DNA of 63,933 nt, the filler included. It is 6 parts of 6 records of this genome, joined end to end, with 100 filler letters (N's around TTAATTAATTAA, not from the genome) between each part and the next. Parts side by side here need not be neighbours in the genome. Positions count along the whole stretch, not along the records: positions 1 to 10,327 come from SRR20825019_2324; positions 10,428 to 31,366 come from SRR20825019_2328; 4 more parts are not named here. One strand, 5' to 3'. Numbering within the stretch: the stretch's first letter is position 1; each line of letters opens with the position of its first letter. Under the pieces are notes generated by a model. That model was not told the DNA's origin, did no database searches, and saw only the letters and a program-made list of their open reading frames with translations. Positions 9,832 through 20,600 of this stretch are shown here, piece by piece. The translations under genes and the position numbers were made by a program.

Positions 9832-10327
9832 TCAGTCCTCGCTTCCATCGATGACGACCGCATCATCCGGCTCAAGGTTGAGCATCACCCGATCGCCAAC
9901 GGATGGCATGGCTGAAAGATTGGCGCCTCGGACGGCGCCGCGCATGGTGATCAGCGTGCCGTCCGCCAGTTCGGATTGCAGCAGATAGCTGTCGCCCTGA
10001 TAGACCACCTCGCGTGCGACAGCGGCAAAGCGGTTGCTGCTTTCGCCCCCATCGTCTCGGGCCAGCGTAATGCGCTCCGGGCGGATCATCAGTTGCAGGT
10101 CTTTGGCATCCGGCACGGAACCGGCGATTTTCAGCGGCATATCGCCAAAGGCGACGCCATTGCCGGTGCGGTGGACCGAAAGGAAGGTTGAATCGCCGAT
10201 AAAATCGGCAACGAAGCGGTTGGCGGGCTGTTCGTAGAGGTCGCGCGGCGCGGCCAGCTGCATGATCCGGCCGTGGTTCACAACGGCGATGCGGTCGGAC
10301 ATGGTCAGCGCCTCGCGCTGGTCATGG
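9832..10327 (-). CDS. ABC transporter ATP-binding protein, PotA-like (C-terminal part; 5' truncated by the contig end)
   Basis: 'HDQREALTMSDRIAV...PANRFVADFIG' followed by a TOBE-like C-terminus. Confidence 0.88.
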
Positions 10328-10427
10328 NNNNNNNNNNNNNNNNNNNNNNNNNNNNNNNNNNNNNNNNNNNNTTAATTAATTAANNNNNNNNNNNNNNNNN
10401 NNNNNNNNNNNNNNNNNNNNNNNNNNN
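10328..10427. other. Artificial contig spacer
   Basis: N44-TTAATTAATTAA-N44; the linker has stops in all six frames. Confidence 0.98.
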
Positions 10428-10527
10428 CACTTCTAAACTCAAGAAGGCAGGAGCTACTACTGCTGATAGTGCTGGGGACGGAACTGCCGAGAAATTCACC
10501 AAGGAAGTCTCGGAGGGAGATCAGAAA

Positions 10528-13500
10528 ATGCCGGCCGAAAGTGGCAATGTCGATCCTAGTGGATCTGCTGAGGCAACACTGCTTGGTGACATATCAAATT
10601 TGCCAAAGGGAAATAAGAAGAGCGCAGCAGATTCCGAGGCACAAAGTGCTATGTTGGGAGACATAAGCAACCTTAAGAGAAACAATGCGACCAAGAGGAC
10701 GCTTTCCAAGAAGGAGGCGGAAGAGGCCAAGCGCAAGGAGGCTGCGGAAAGGAAGCGGCAGCTGGAGGAAGAAATTGACTATGTCCTCGAGGTGTTGGAT
10801 CATTCAGGTACTGGATATATTCCGTTGGATGGATGCAGTGTGCTCGACATGTTTGAATTGCTGGGGATTAAGGACAGACAAGAGGCTGTCCGAGCCGAGG
10901 CAGCCCTGCTGAACCACTTCCCTGAGGCGAAGTATGAGATTCAGACAGGCGATATCCGCGACTGGTGGTTGGACAAGCGACATGCATTTTTGGAAGAGCC
11001 TGCTGACAAAAAGTCTAAGGTGTATCAAAGTGCAGAGGGAGTTGACGATTCTCAATTCCAACTAGACCAGGATGATGGTGTTTCTGCGGTTGCATACGAC
11101 AACCGCCGGTACGAGAATCAGTACAATTCACAGGAGTATGAAGATGCTGACAAGTTGAAGAAAGGGATGCCATCCAAGAGGAAACCCGCCGATGAGCAAG
11201 CCCGAGCCAAGAGATTGGCGGAGCAGTTGCGTGATTCGACATCTACGCCTTTCTCTCGCCTTCCGGAAGTACCCCTCTTCGATCCTTACGAACGCAACGT
11301 GGCTTTAGAAACAGCTATCATGGATAAGCATCATGAAGAGACAAAGCGACGTGAATTGCACTATGCATGTGCAGTCGGTGACTGGGAACTATTGCGCGAG
11401 CTAGTAGGGTTTGGTGTCGGCCTCGCGGCATCAAAGTCGAAGACACTCAAACTGAATCCTACCGACCCAACTGGGAAGACGCCCTTGCATTATGCTGCTC
11501 TCAAGGGGCGGGCAGATGTGTGCGACTTCCTGTTGTCCAAGAAAAAAGAGGATGGCCAGCGCATCGTGCACATCGAAGCAATTGATAAGCACCACAGAAC
11601 TCCATTGCACTATGCCGCTATTATGGGTCATGCTCGCGTAATATCCGCCCTTTACAAAAATGGAGCTAACTTGCATGCCAAGGATGCCAATGGGGACACT
11701 CCGCTTCATCATGCCTCTAGAGAAAATCACGCCATTGCGACACAATTTTTGTACCGTGAATGCCACGCAGATGTCAACATGCATAACTTATACAAGGAGA
11801 CTCCTCTTAACATAAGCTCCAAGAATCCTCTTGTATTCCGCCAATGCCTGGAAATTCACGAGGCTGTCCGTGAAGGAAATTTTGACCAGGTCAAGCTGGT
11901 AGTTGAGTGCGGGGGTAAAAATGTGGTTTCAGAAGCGAGGCGAATCGATGGCCGCTCTGCTATTCACATGTGCGTTGAACTTGATGATGAGCCGAACGGC
12001 GAGGACTCAGGAAACTCAACTATCAAGATTCTCAAGTACCTCTTAGATTCCCATGCAGATGTGAACATGGCCGATGCGAATGGATGGACCCCGCTGCACA
12101 TTGCTGCCCGCCTTAATAGACTCAAAACTATGGATATTCTCCTTAAGAGCGGTGCAGATGTTCATGCGTTTTCCAACCAGGGTTTGACCCCCCTTCATAT
12201 TGCTGCCTCTAATGGGCATGAAAAGGTCATCCTGAAGTTGATGATGTTTAACGTGGACACTAACATCCGCGACGACGAAGGATGCACAGCCTTGCACTGG
12301 GCCGCCAAGAAAGGCCATGAAAACGCAGTGCGCCAGTTGCTCGACAAGATTCCTGTTCAGAATGCCGAGGACGATGACGACGACCAAGTGGTTGAAACAG
12401 ACTTATATGCACTCAATGACCGGCGATGGAATGCTCTTCACTTTGCCTGCTATAACAACCGTCTCGATGTGATATCTTTTCTCTGCACCTTTGATACTGA
12501 CAGGAAGAAGCTCAAGAACACTGCCGATACAGGGAACAAGACACCCTTCGATGTCGCTTCCACCCCGGAGGCCCGGCATGCTATGGACACCATGCACGAG
12601 GCGGCGGCGTCAGGGAGGGTTGACCTTGTCAGAAAAATGTGGAAGAATGGGCAAAACGTCAACGCACAGTCCGCATTCAAAATTCGGACGGCGTTGCACT
12701 ATGCTGCAATACGCAATCAAACTATAGTGGCCCGGTTCCTGCTTGAGAAGGGTGCGAAAGTGGATATCAGGGACATTGACGATCGAACTGCCCTCCACCA
12801 CGCCGCCATTCATGAGCATACAGAGATGATAGAACTCCTTTGCTCCGCAATGGCATCTGACTCGGGCGTAATTGGCTATGTGGACGGCACCGACAACACG
12901 GCCTTGCATTATGCTGCTGCTGGGACATCTGTGATAGCCATACAAGCTATCCTCAACTTTGGCCCGCCACTGAATTCTTACAAGGCCAATGCTGATGGCA
13001 AGCTTGCCACCGAGATAATGTGGTACCCTGCCGTGCGAAACAGCCTACTCGTTGGCCAGCTAGTAGAAGAAGGTGTGAAGGGAACATGGCATATGCCGAC
13101 CCGGGGTGATATGGTGGATCTTGCCAAGGGCGCGACAATGACCTTGAAGGCCGGTGACCTTGTTGGCAAGCACAACCCGAACGACGGAGAGGTGCGCTTC
13201 TGTATGGTGGTCAGACCTGTTGCGCCCAAGGGGCATTACACGGTGCTGAAAGAGTACCCATCCAACTTTGAAGGGAACCTTGTCAACATCTCCGGCAAGC
13301 GGCTCACCAAATTCCGGTCTTCCATTCGCCGCGAACCAATCGATATTCCCAAAGTGGGGCCCATTTATGCGAACGAGTGGCTTGGCCTGATTCGGAGGAG
13401 GAAACTCTCCACGGTTGACCTGCAGCGCATGCAGGACCGCGAGATGAAGAGGGAGCAGGCTCGTAAGGCTCAGCTTGGAGATGACCCCTACGGAGAAGAC

Positions 13501-14238
13501 AAGGCTATTGATGTTGCGTCCAGTGCGGACATCTGGACCGGGCCGGCCGCAGATGATGGTGAGAGGGCCTATAAGTCCATGGCTAAGTACTTCGTGACAA
13601 CATATGGATCTGTCATCCATTTGAGGCGGGCGTTTGAGAAGGTCGAGGACAGGTGAGTAATATGACGCCGTGCAAAGTTTGAACATTGCACTTATCACTG
13701 TATGCAGAATCAAACATACTGTGAAGTCAACGGACTTTGAGAAAATCTTGGTATCACTAAGGCTGAAGAGTCGTCATGGCGACGGGCCGCTGGAGATGCC
13801 TACCACCGAACAGGCTCAACAGGTGAGAGGATCCGTTGCTACCTGTAGGTCGAGTAGGTGCTGACAAAATCCCAGGATGCACAGGCTTTGGCAATCCGAT
13901 ACGATCCCAAGTCATCAGGCCACGTCCAATATCGTGCCCTCCTCAAGGATCTCCAGAAAGACATCAAGGAATACGCAGCCAAGGTCGCCGATAGTATTGT
14001 GACCCGTATGCGCCAATATGTGGAGAAGAACCGGATCCGTGTGAAGGAACTGTTCCACCAGTTTGATGAAGACCGCAGCCTCACCCTGTCCGAGGACGAA
14101 TTCCTCAAAGCGATGGAGCAGCTGGGCTGCAAGGATGTCACAAAGGTTGAATCGCACCTTCTCGCCAACCACTATGATGCCGATGGAAACGGCAATATTT
14201 CCTACAAGGAGTTTGTTGATATGCTCAAAAGCCGTTGA
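10528..14238 (+). CDS. Eukaryotic multi-ankyrin-repeat protein with C-terminal EF-hands (~1200 aa, 3 exons)
   Basis: Many TPLH/TALH ankyrin repeats. GT-AG introns 13653-13707 and 13823-13875 (alternative acceptor 13884) join it in frame to the EF-hand loops DEDRSLTLSEDE and DADGNGNISYKE. Confidence 0.85.
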
Positions 14239-14385
14239 GTCCCAATCCCGAGTAACCTATGATTGTGCGCAGCTGAAAGACCATTTACTGCCAATGCTGG
14301 TGGCAAGGGATGTTGTCTCCCCACAGGAGGGGTATTCATCTTGACATACAAAGACATCAGTCTACTAACACATGGGCTACGGGTC

Positions 14386-15193
14386 TCACTCGGGCCCAGC
14401 AGTAAACCATAGTTTCAACCGAAATGCGTCGATTCCGTTGAGATAATACCTGTGTAAGCGCTTGTCTCGCACAAAACCCAAGCGCTCGTAGAGCCGCATT
14501 GCTCCAGTGTTGGTTATCTCTGTCTCCAAAACAGCCTGCCCCCGAATGTCACGGTTTGTCCACAGTACTCAAAGAACCAAACTCACCTCATCAGCTCCAT
14601 CCATCTCCATATGCTTGAGTGCGAGCACCACCAACGATGTTCCTGCGCGCCCCAGACATTAGCAGCACGACGACCACAAGCCACAAAAAGACGGGGGGAC
14701 TACCTATGCTGCGGCCTCGGTATTCCTTGTCAACAGCAAGCATGGCAATATAACCTCGCATGGCCGCTTTGTGTAAATCCAACTTACACACCACACATCC
14801 TATGCACTTGTCTCCGTCCATCGCCTGAAAGCTGCTGTCAGATCCGTTTAATTCGGAAAGACTAATACACAATACCAAGAAGCACAGCTGTGGCCAGTTA
14901 TGAATGAAATAGCGGTAAGTAAATATGCTATAAGGTTCGCTAAGGTCCCTTTCAATTAATTTCATGATTTCTGTCAGCTGGTTCTCCGTTTTGTATCTCA
15001 CAAATTTGACTCCATCGGCAGTCATGACAACATCTTCTGAGGAGAGGTCACACTCATATTTCCGCCAAGAGGTAGAGGGCAGGTTTTCTTCCACACCCTC
15101 CGGGCCCTCCGCCTCGAGACTTTTCTTTAACGAAGAGAACAAGGCCTTCCCCTCCTTGGCCTTTTCGTCCACCTTGCCTTTAACTTCCTCCAT
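14386..15193 (-). CDS. NAA30: N-alpha-acetyltransferase 30 (NatC catalytic subunit, Mak3), 4 exons, 214 aa
   Basis: [38 protein letters not shown] and RYYLNG.DAFRLKL motifs. Introns 14825-14875, 14643-14703 and 14536-14586 give a continuous frame. Confidence 0.93.
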
Positions 15194-15309
15194 GAAGGCT
15201 GCCTATCTAGAAAAGTCTAAAACGGCATAAATCAACATGTGCAAGGGATTCGGAGAGTGGTGTAGGATTTGAGCTTGCGTGCACTTGTGGGCCTTTGCAC
15301 TCATCGGGC

Positions 15310-15610
15310 TGGGCTCACGTCACTGACTGGGCCGGGGCCAGGTCGGCACCACCCGACCCGCCTCATGAGGCCCCTCACTCACGCCCGACGGTGCCGGCGG
15401 CGCCGCGGGCATCATCCGGGCACTCAAGTGCGCGGCCGCGGGGCCAGTGCCGGCCGGGCGCCCGCCGCCCGGGGGCCGTGGACCCGGCCGTGGCCGGCGC
15501 CGTGCGGTGTGCCGGTGCTCGCCCGGCCCGGCCCGCCGGCGCGGGCGGCGGCCCGGCCCCGCGGGCCGCGGCCGGCGCGGCCCCGGGGCGCCCGCAGGGC
15601 GGTTCAGCCG
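15310..15610. promoter_or_regulatory. Extremely GC/CpG-rich intergenic island upstream of NAA30
   Basis: Contains a 76-nt run of only G and C (15520-15595). The promoter role is inferred from position alone. Confidence 0.45.
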
Positions 15611-15862
15611 ACGGAACCAATAAATTCTTTGTTTTGTCCTTGGAGGAGCAGGGTCCGGGCAGGCGAACGAAAGCACGTGACCGCGATTTAGTTTTCACTG
15701 GCAGTCGCCGGCGAACGAGAACTTTGAGGGATGAGTCCAGACGAGTTACTCTCTTTCAAAGTTTGAGTCCGATCATGGTTGGGTACATTTATAGCAACGT
15801 ATCCAGCGAGCCGGCGTGCCGGGTCAAGACTATGAAAATATACAATGGGCACCGTCCACTGC

Positions 15863-17165
15863 CTAGATGACTTGTTTGCCATGGACACGGCGGTTATATT
15901 CCTCTTCTTGCTTCAACATTTCAAGAATGTTCTCTGGGATGGTCTCCGCGCCATCGTCAACTGTTTCGACCGGCGCAGACCCGCTTTCAAACCCGGGATC
16001 ATCCTTATTGCAGTAGTGCGCAACACAAATCTCGGGATTCCCATAGTCTGTCGGAGGAGCATGAGCTAACTGGTTAGAAAGGTATGTGAAATATACTTAC
16101 GGGTATGGTCATGAATACTCGTCATGAGGAAACCCATGGACAAACTGCATTGCTTCACACTTTCATCGTGGCTCTCGCACACCTTGAACTTGCTGTACTG
16201 CTTGTTGTAAAAGATCTCCTTGCCAAAGTGTTTGTAGCCGCCCTCCACAGGAGGCACCCACGGTACCGGGTCCCCATAATGAGTCACGCGATAAGCCACC
16301 TTGATATTCTTGGCCAAGTATTCCACGCCTACATCGTTGAGCACACGCGGTGCGCCGAAAGTAAGATAGGTCACATCGTCCCACTTGTATTTGGCAACAA
16401 GGTAGACCCCCATCAGAGTTGCGATGGCTCCACCACGGCTATGTCCATTGATAAAGAGATTTCTTGGTTGCTTCTTCCCCGTTTTCTTTTCACGCTCCTC
16501 AATCGCTCGGAAAAGGGTTTCCACGTTCGTGAGGACATCGTCCAACATCAACTGAAAGAACTGCGTAGTAAAATAAGGACATGTGGAGACAGAACAGTGA
16601 CTCCTTCTCACCTTGTAAAAGCCGTCATGGACTAGAACACCAGGAATGACGTCTTTAACTTCCTCGAACTCAACCGAGAATGCCTGAAGCATAGAGGGTG
16701 AGAAACCGGATGTGTAACTGGCTCAACCACACTACGTTTAAGTTCGAGAGCCAGTTCGCAGGGTTAGCAGTCCCCCTCCCAGCAAATACGATAGCCTGCT
16801 TCCTTGGATCATAAGTAACTAGGCCGGCCGAGTCATCAACAGTCTAAGGGAATGCATCAGAACATGGGAACCAAAGCAAGCTAAGCTCACACCTTTTCAA
16901 CATAGGTCAGCCAACCCTTGGAAATATAGTCTATTTCGCTACAAGCCAGGCAGTTCCACTCATACAACTCATCCTCCGAGCAATAGGATGCAGCCGACAG
17001 CATTAGTTGGTCCCTCTCATTGATAAGAGACAGGTAGTCCGACTCCGCATCTCCTGGTGACTTCATATTGCTTGCAGTGGTGTCGCTCCCCCCTCCATGG
17101 TTCCAGCCACAGGACACCAAGTTGGCAAATAGAAGAACTAGAGAGACACAAGCCAGTGACTTCAT
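15863..17165 (-). CDS. Secreted class-3 lipase (5 exons, ~362 aa)
   Basis: Signal peptide with SAASYC, RGT, VHDGF, GHSRGG nucleophile elbow, TFGAPRV, DPVP and YKHFG motifs. Introns 16844-16892, 16684-16735, 16552-16611 and 16048-16100 keep the frame. Confidence 0.9.
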
Positions 17166-17601
17166 GTTCTTAAACTAGGCAGGTTGGACGACCACCTTGA
17201 TATTTCAAGCGAGTTCACTACCGCGCAGAGACTTTTGGTGGCGGGCACGCGGCCCGCGACGCCAGCGCCACGTCTCATAACTGGTATCAGTGCTGGGCCA
17301 GTGCTAGCTAAGAGCCTCCAACCAGCCGGCCGGCAGATGGACTCCTCGGCAAGGGGCTGCTCAGCATGCCTCGGCACATTGACCTTGCAACTAGTGTTAG
17401 TGGACAGCCACTCATCACTATCATGACTCAGCGCCAGGCCCGCCGCCTGCACTGCGGTTCACTGAAGCTCATTTGAGTTCCCGCCCGCCGGGCCGGCGGC
17501 CGGTCAAAGCCAAGATCAGTCACGCTCCTCCAACGGAAGACCGGACTCCAAACGTGCTGAATATGTAGTCTAATTTCTTTACTGTCTAATAATAGTACTC
17601 A

Positions 17602-20600
17602 TCAGAACGGGGATTGTCCTGTGGGCCCGTCGAACGCCAGCCCAATACCAAGAGTGACCGTCTTCATAGGCACCGCAACCTTTGCGGGTGCCGGTGGCCG
17701 GTTCTCATCGCCTCCACCACCGCCCAGCGATGTCCTCCGCATTGGCGCCGGCTTCCGCGCCGGCAGAGCTCTCCTCTCCCGGAGCACTGCCGGACGGATG
17801 CTTGGTCCCACAACAGCGATTGGTGGCGGAGTGGGATTATCTCCATCAGTACCAGCCATGTCAGATAGCTCTGCAAGCGCCATGGCTGCACTCGCACCTG
17901 CTCCAACCGGAGTAGGGATACCAAATGCCGGTGAGTCACTCTCACGCTCATCTGGAAGGGCTGGAGCAGCGTCCTCAGTAAACTCATCCACGTTGGAGCT
18001 GTTGCGCCTTGTGCTTAACCGCTCAACCCATGCCGCCGGGGGTCCAACACGATGTTCTCTCTTCACCGGGAGGGCCTGATCCGAATTGGTGCGCCCCAGT
18101 GGCCTTGCAGTCTCAACAGCACGAGCTGGCTTAGGCGCCACATCAGTCTTGCGCTGCGCGAGGCGCTCTATGTGGCCGGATGAATGCGCGCGTGATTGCT
18201 TAGCTGCTGCCGCTGCCGCCGCCTTTTCTTCCAGGGCCTTGATTACTCGTGGAGACAATGGCTGGGTGTGTGTGGCACTCCCATCCCCGGCCACGGAGAT
18301 ATCCTCGCATTTCGTCGCAACCTTTGGAATATTATGAACACGAGTGATCTTCAGCTGCTGGCCTTGGCACATGAAGTTTGATCCCAAAGCAGCTATGGGT
18401 CGTGCTATCTCAATCTTGTGCCTGTACAACAGTTCCCATCCACCAGTGTCCACCATGTCCCGGTACACTATTCCGTTATCAGGATCTAGAGGCTGTTCTG
18501 CAGTATCATCCGTCACTTTCAAGCCATCCACATGGTCTTCTACATCAACGCCATCCATCTCAGAATCTCTCTCGGGCTCAGTCTCGTGATCCGCTTCTAC
18601 AACCTCCGCGCCTTCGGACTCGTTCATCATACAGGGCATCACCGATGGGGTAGCATTATCAGAATTATCAGCGGCATGCGACGCCATACTCGCCACCTTG
18701 GATGGGCTTGAGTTCAACGATTTGGCAGGGCTCGCCGGGGCCTTCTTCTTCCGCGGTCTAATGGGAGCATTGGCGTAATCAACCACAACATTGATCGTCT
18801 CCGAAAGAGCCTTGGCACACAACTCTTCTGTCACCTTCGTGGAATAGTCCATGGCCGGGCTGCTGTTAATCTCTATGAGCCACGGCTTGTAGTCCACATC
18901 CAAGATGAAGTCGTAGCCATACATCTCAAAGGAATTCTTCCGGTTGTCAACCATGTCTTGAGCGGACTGCAAAGACCAAATGATACGATCTTTGAGCATC
19001 TTGTGAATTCCTGTCTTAGGATTATCCCACAAATCTGGAGATCCATGCTTCTGTTGAATGTATTCCCGGAAGGTGTCGGAGTGCCACATGTTACCCGAGA
19101 ATATATTGTCATTCTTACGCATGCGCTCCTCATCGTTGCGCTGGATTGAGTTGTTGCACATATGAACATATAAATTATCCAAATCCCAGTTGAATTCATC
19201 CGCGCAGAAGCGGCAGTAGCACTCCTTGTAGAACCATATCGTCAAAGGGTTCCAGCCAGTCACCACTATCCACTGGCGAATATCAAACTTCCGATTGTGC
19301 ACCAACAGTGTGTTCTCCAAGTACTTCTGCACCACCCAGTGAGCACCTTCACGGCCATCGGTGTACTCCAAGATCTCTTCAAGGTTGTCCATGGAGCGGA
19401 TTCCACGGCCACGTGACTTGCCGGCTGGTTTAGCGACCCACACATTGCGCATGCCATTCAGGTTAAACTGAGGAGATGTTTCCTTCAATTTCGCCAACAA
19501 GCTCTTCACGTCCTCATACAAAGCCATATCAGCATATACGTCATCTTCGGGTAACGAGGGGGACTTCCTTCCAGCCTTTTTTGCCGCCTTGATCTTGGCC
19601 TCTAAATCACGGTTGCACAGCACGCGCCAATCACGATCATCAATGAGCTCATCAGCAAACATTCCTTCATCAAGGTCAAAGTCGTTGAAATCAGACAGCC
19701 GGGAGCGGCTAACGCGGATGGCAATCTGCAATTGCTCTCCAGACACCCAGAAGTCAGGTTCCGACTCTTTTCCCATTTGCTCAAAGAGATGCACATATCT
19801 CTTCAGTACGCTCTCCGCCTCAGTTACCTTGAAATCGTCAATGAAGTCCTGCAGTTCGTTGGGTTTGTTCAGGTCATAGGAGCGTGGATAGAAGGTGAGG
19901 TAGTCAATATTCTGGAACCACTTCAGAGACTGGAGATTCTTGGACAATCCAACCTTAGTGGTGATCTCCGAGGACTTGCCAAAGTGATTACACACTTGGA
20001 AGTCATTCAGCTCGCGGAAGTTAATGTCACGCCATTTCAGGGTCCACTTGAAGTCGAAGCACATGGGAGACCCCTCAGTGTCCTTATTCTCATAGAAGCC
20101 GCGCTTTTTCAGTGCCTTCTTGATGGCCGGGTACCCGCCGCTAATCTGGAAAATGGGGGTGCTATCATCAAGGCGGTGCTTTCTCCGGAAGAAAGCCAAC
20201 TCCTCCTCAACAGCAGAGCGGTTCTTCTTCTTCTTCTTCTCGGTAACGGCGTCTTCCTTGATTGGCGCCAGCCTGCCACCTACCGGTGCGTCATCTTCGT
20301 CGTCTGAGCCTTCCGCGCCCGCATCCTTCTCTCGACCCTCTTTGTCCTTCTCAACAGCCTTCATCACCTTCTTTCTTGCCTTCTCACGAATTCGGGCCTC
20401 CTTCTCCTCGCGCTCGAGCCTCTCTGCCTCCTTCTTCTCCCTTTGCAGTTTCAGACGCTCTAAATACTCAGCCTGCTTGTTCAGCATCACCTGGTAGTCC
20501 TCTTTGTCAAGCTTGCGATCCTCTTTGCTAGCCATCTCGCCCATTTTCTTCTCCTCCCGCTCCACAGCTTTCTTTGCCCCTTCCTCCAAAACCTGGTTCG

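Noticed and set aside
10372..10383. TTAATTAATTAA repeated five times, as a possible biological repeat or att site
   Set aside because: It is always centred in N44 flanks, so it is an artificial six-frame-stop linker. ORF ends running into the Ns (31418, 39401, 51860, 58754) are artefacts.
10328..10600. Bacterial genes next to eukaryotic genes as horizontal transfer
   Set aside because: An artificial spacer separates them and there is no physical linkage.
15269..15870. Several 100-190 aa Arg/Pro/Gly/Ala-rich ORFs on both strands (similar ones at 29986-31036)
   Set aside because: These are stop-poor by-products of extreme GC content, with no recognisable domains.
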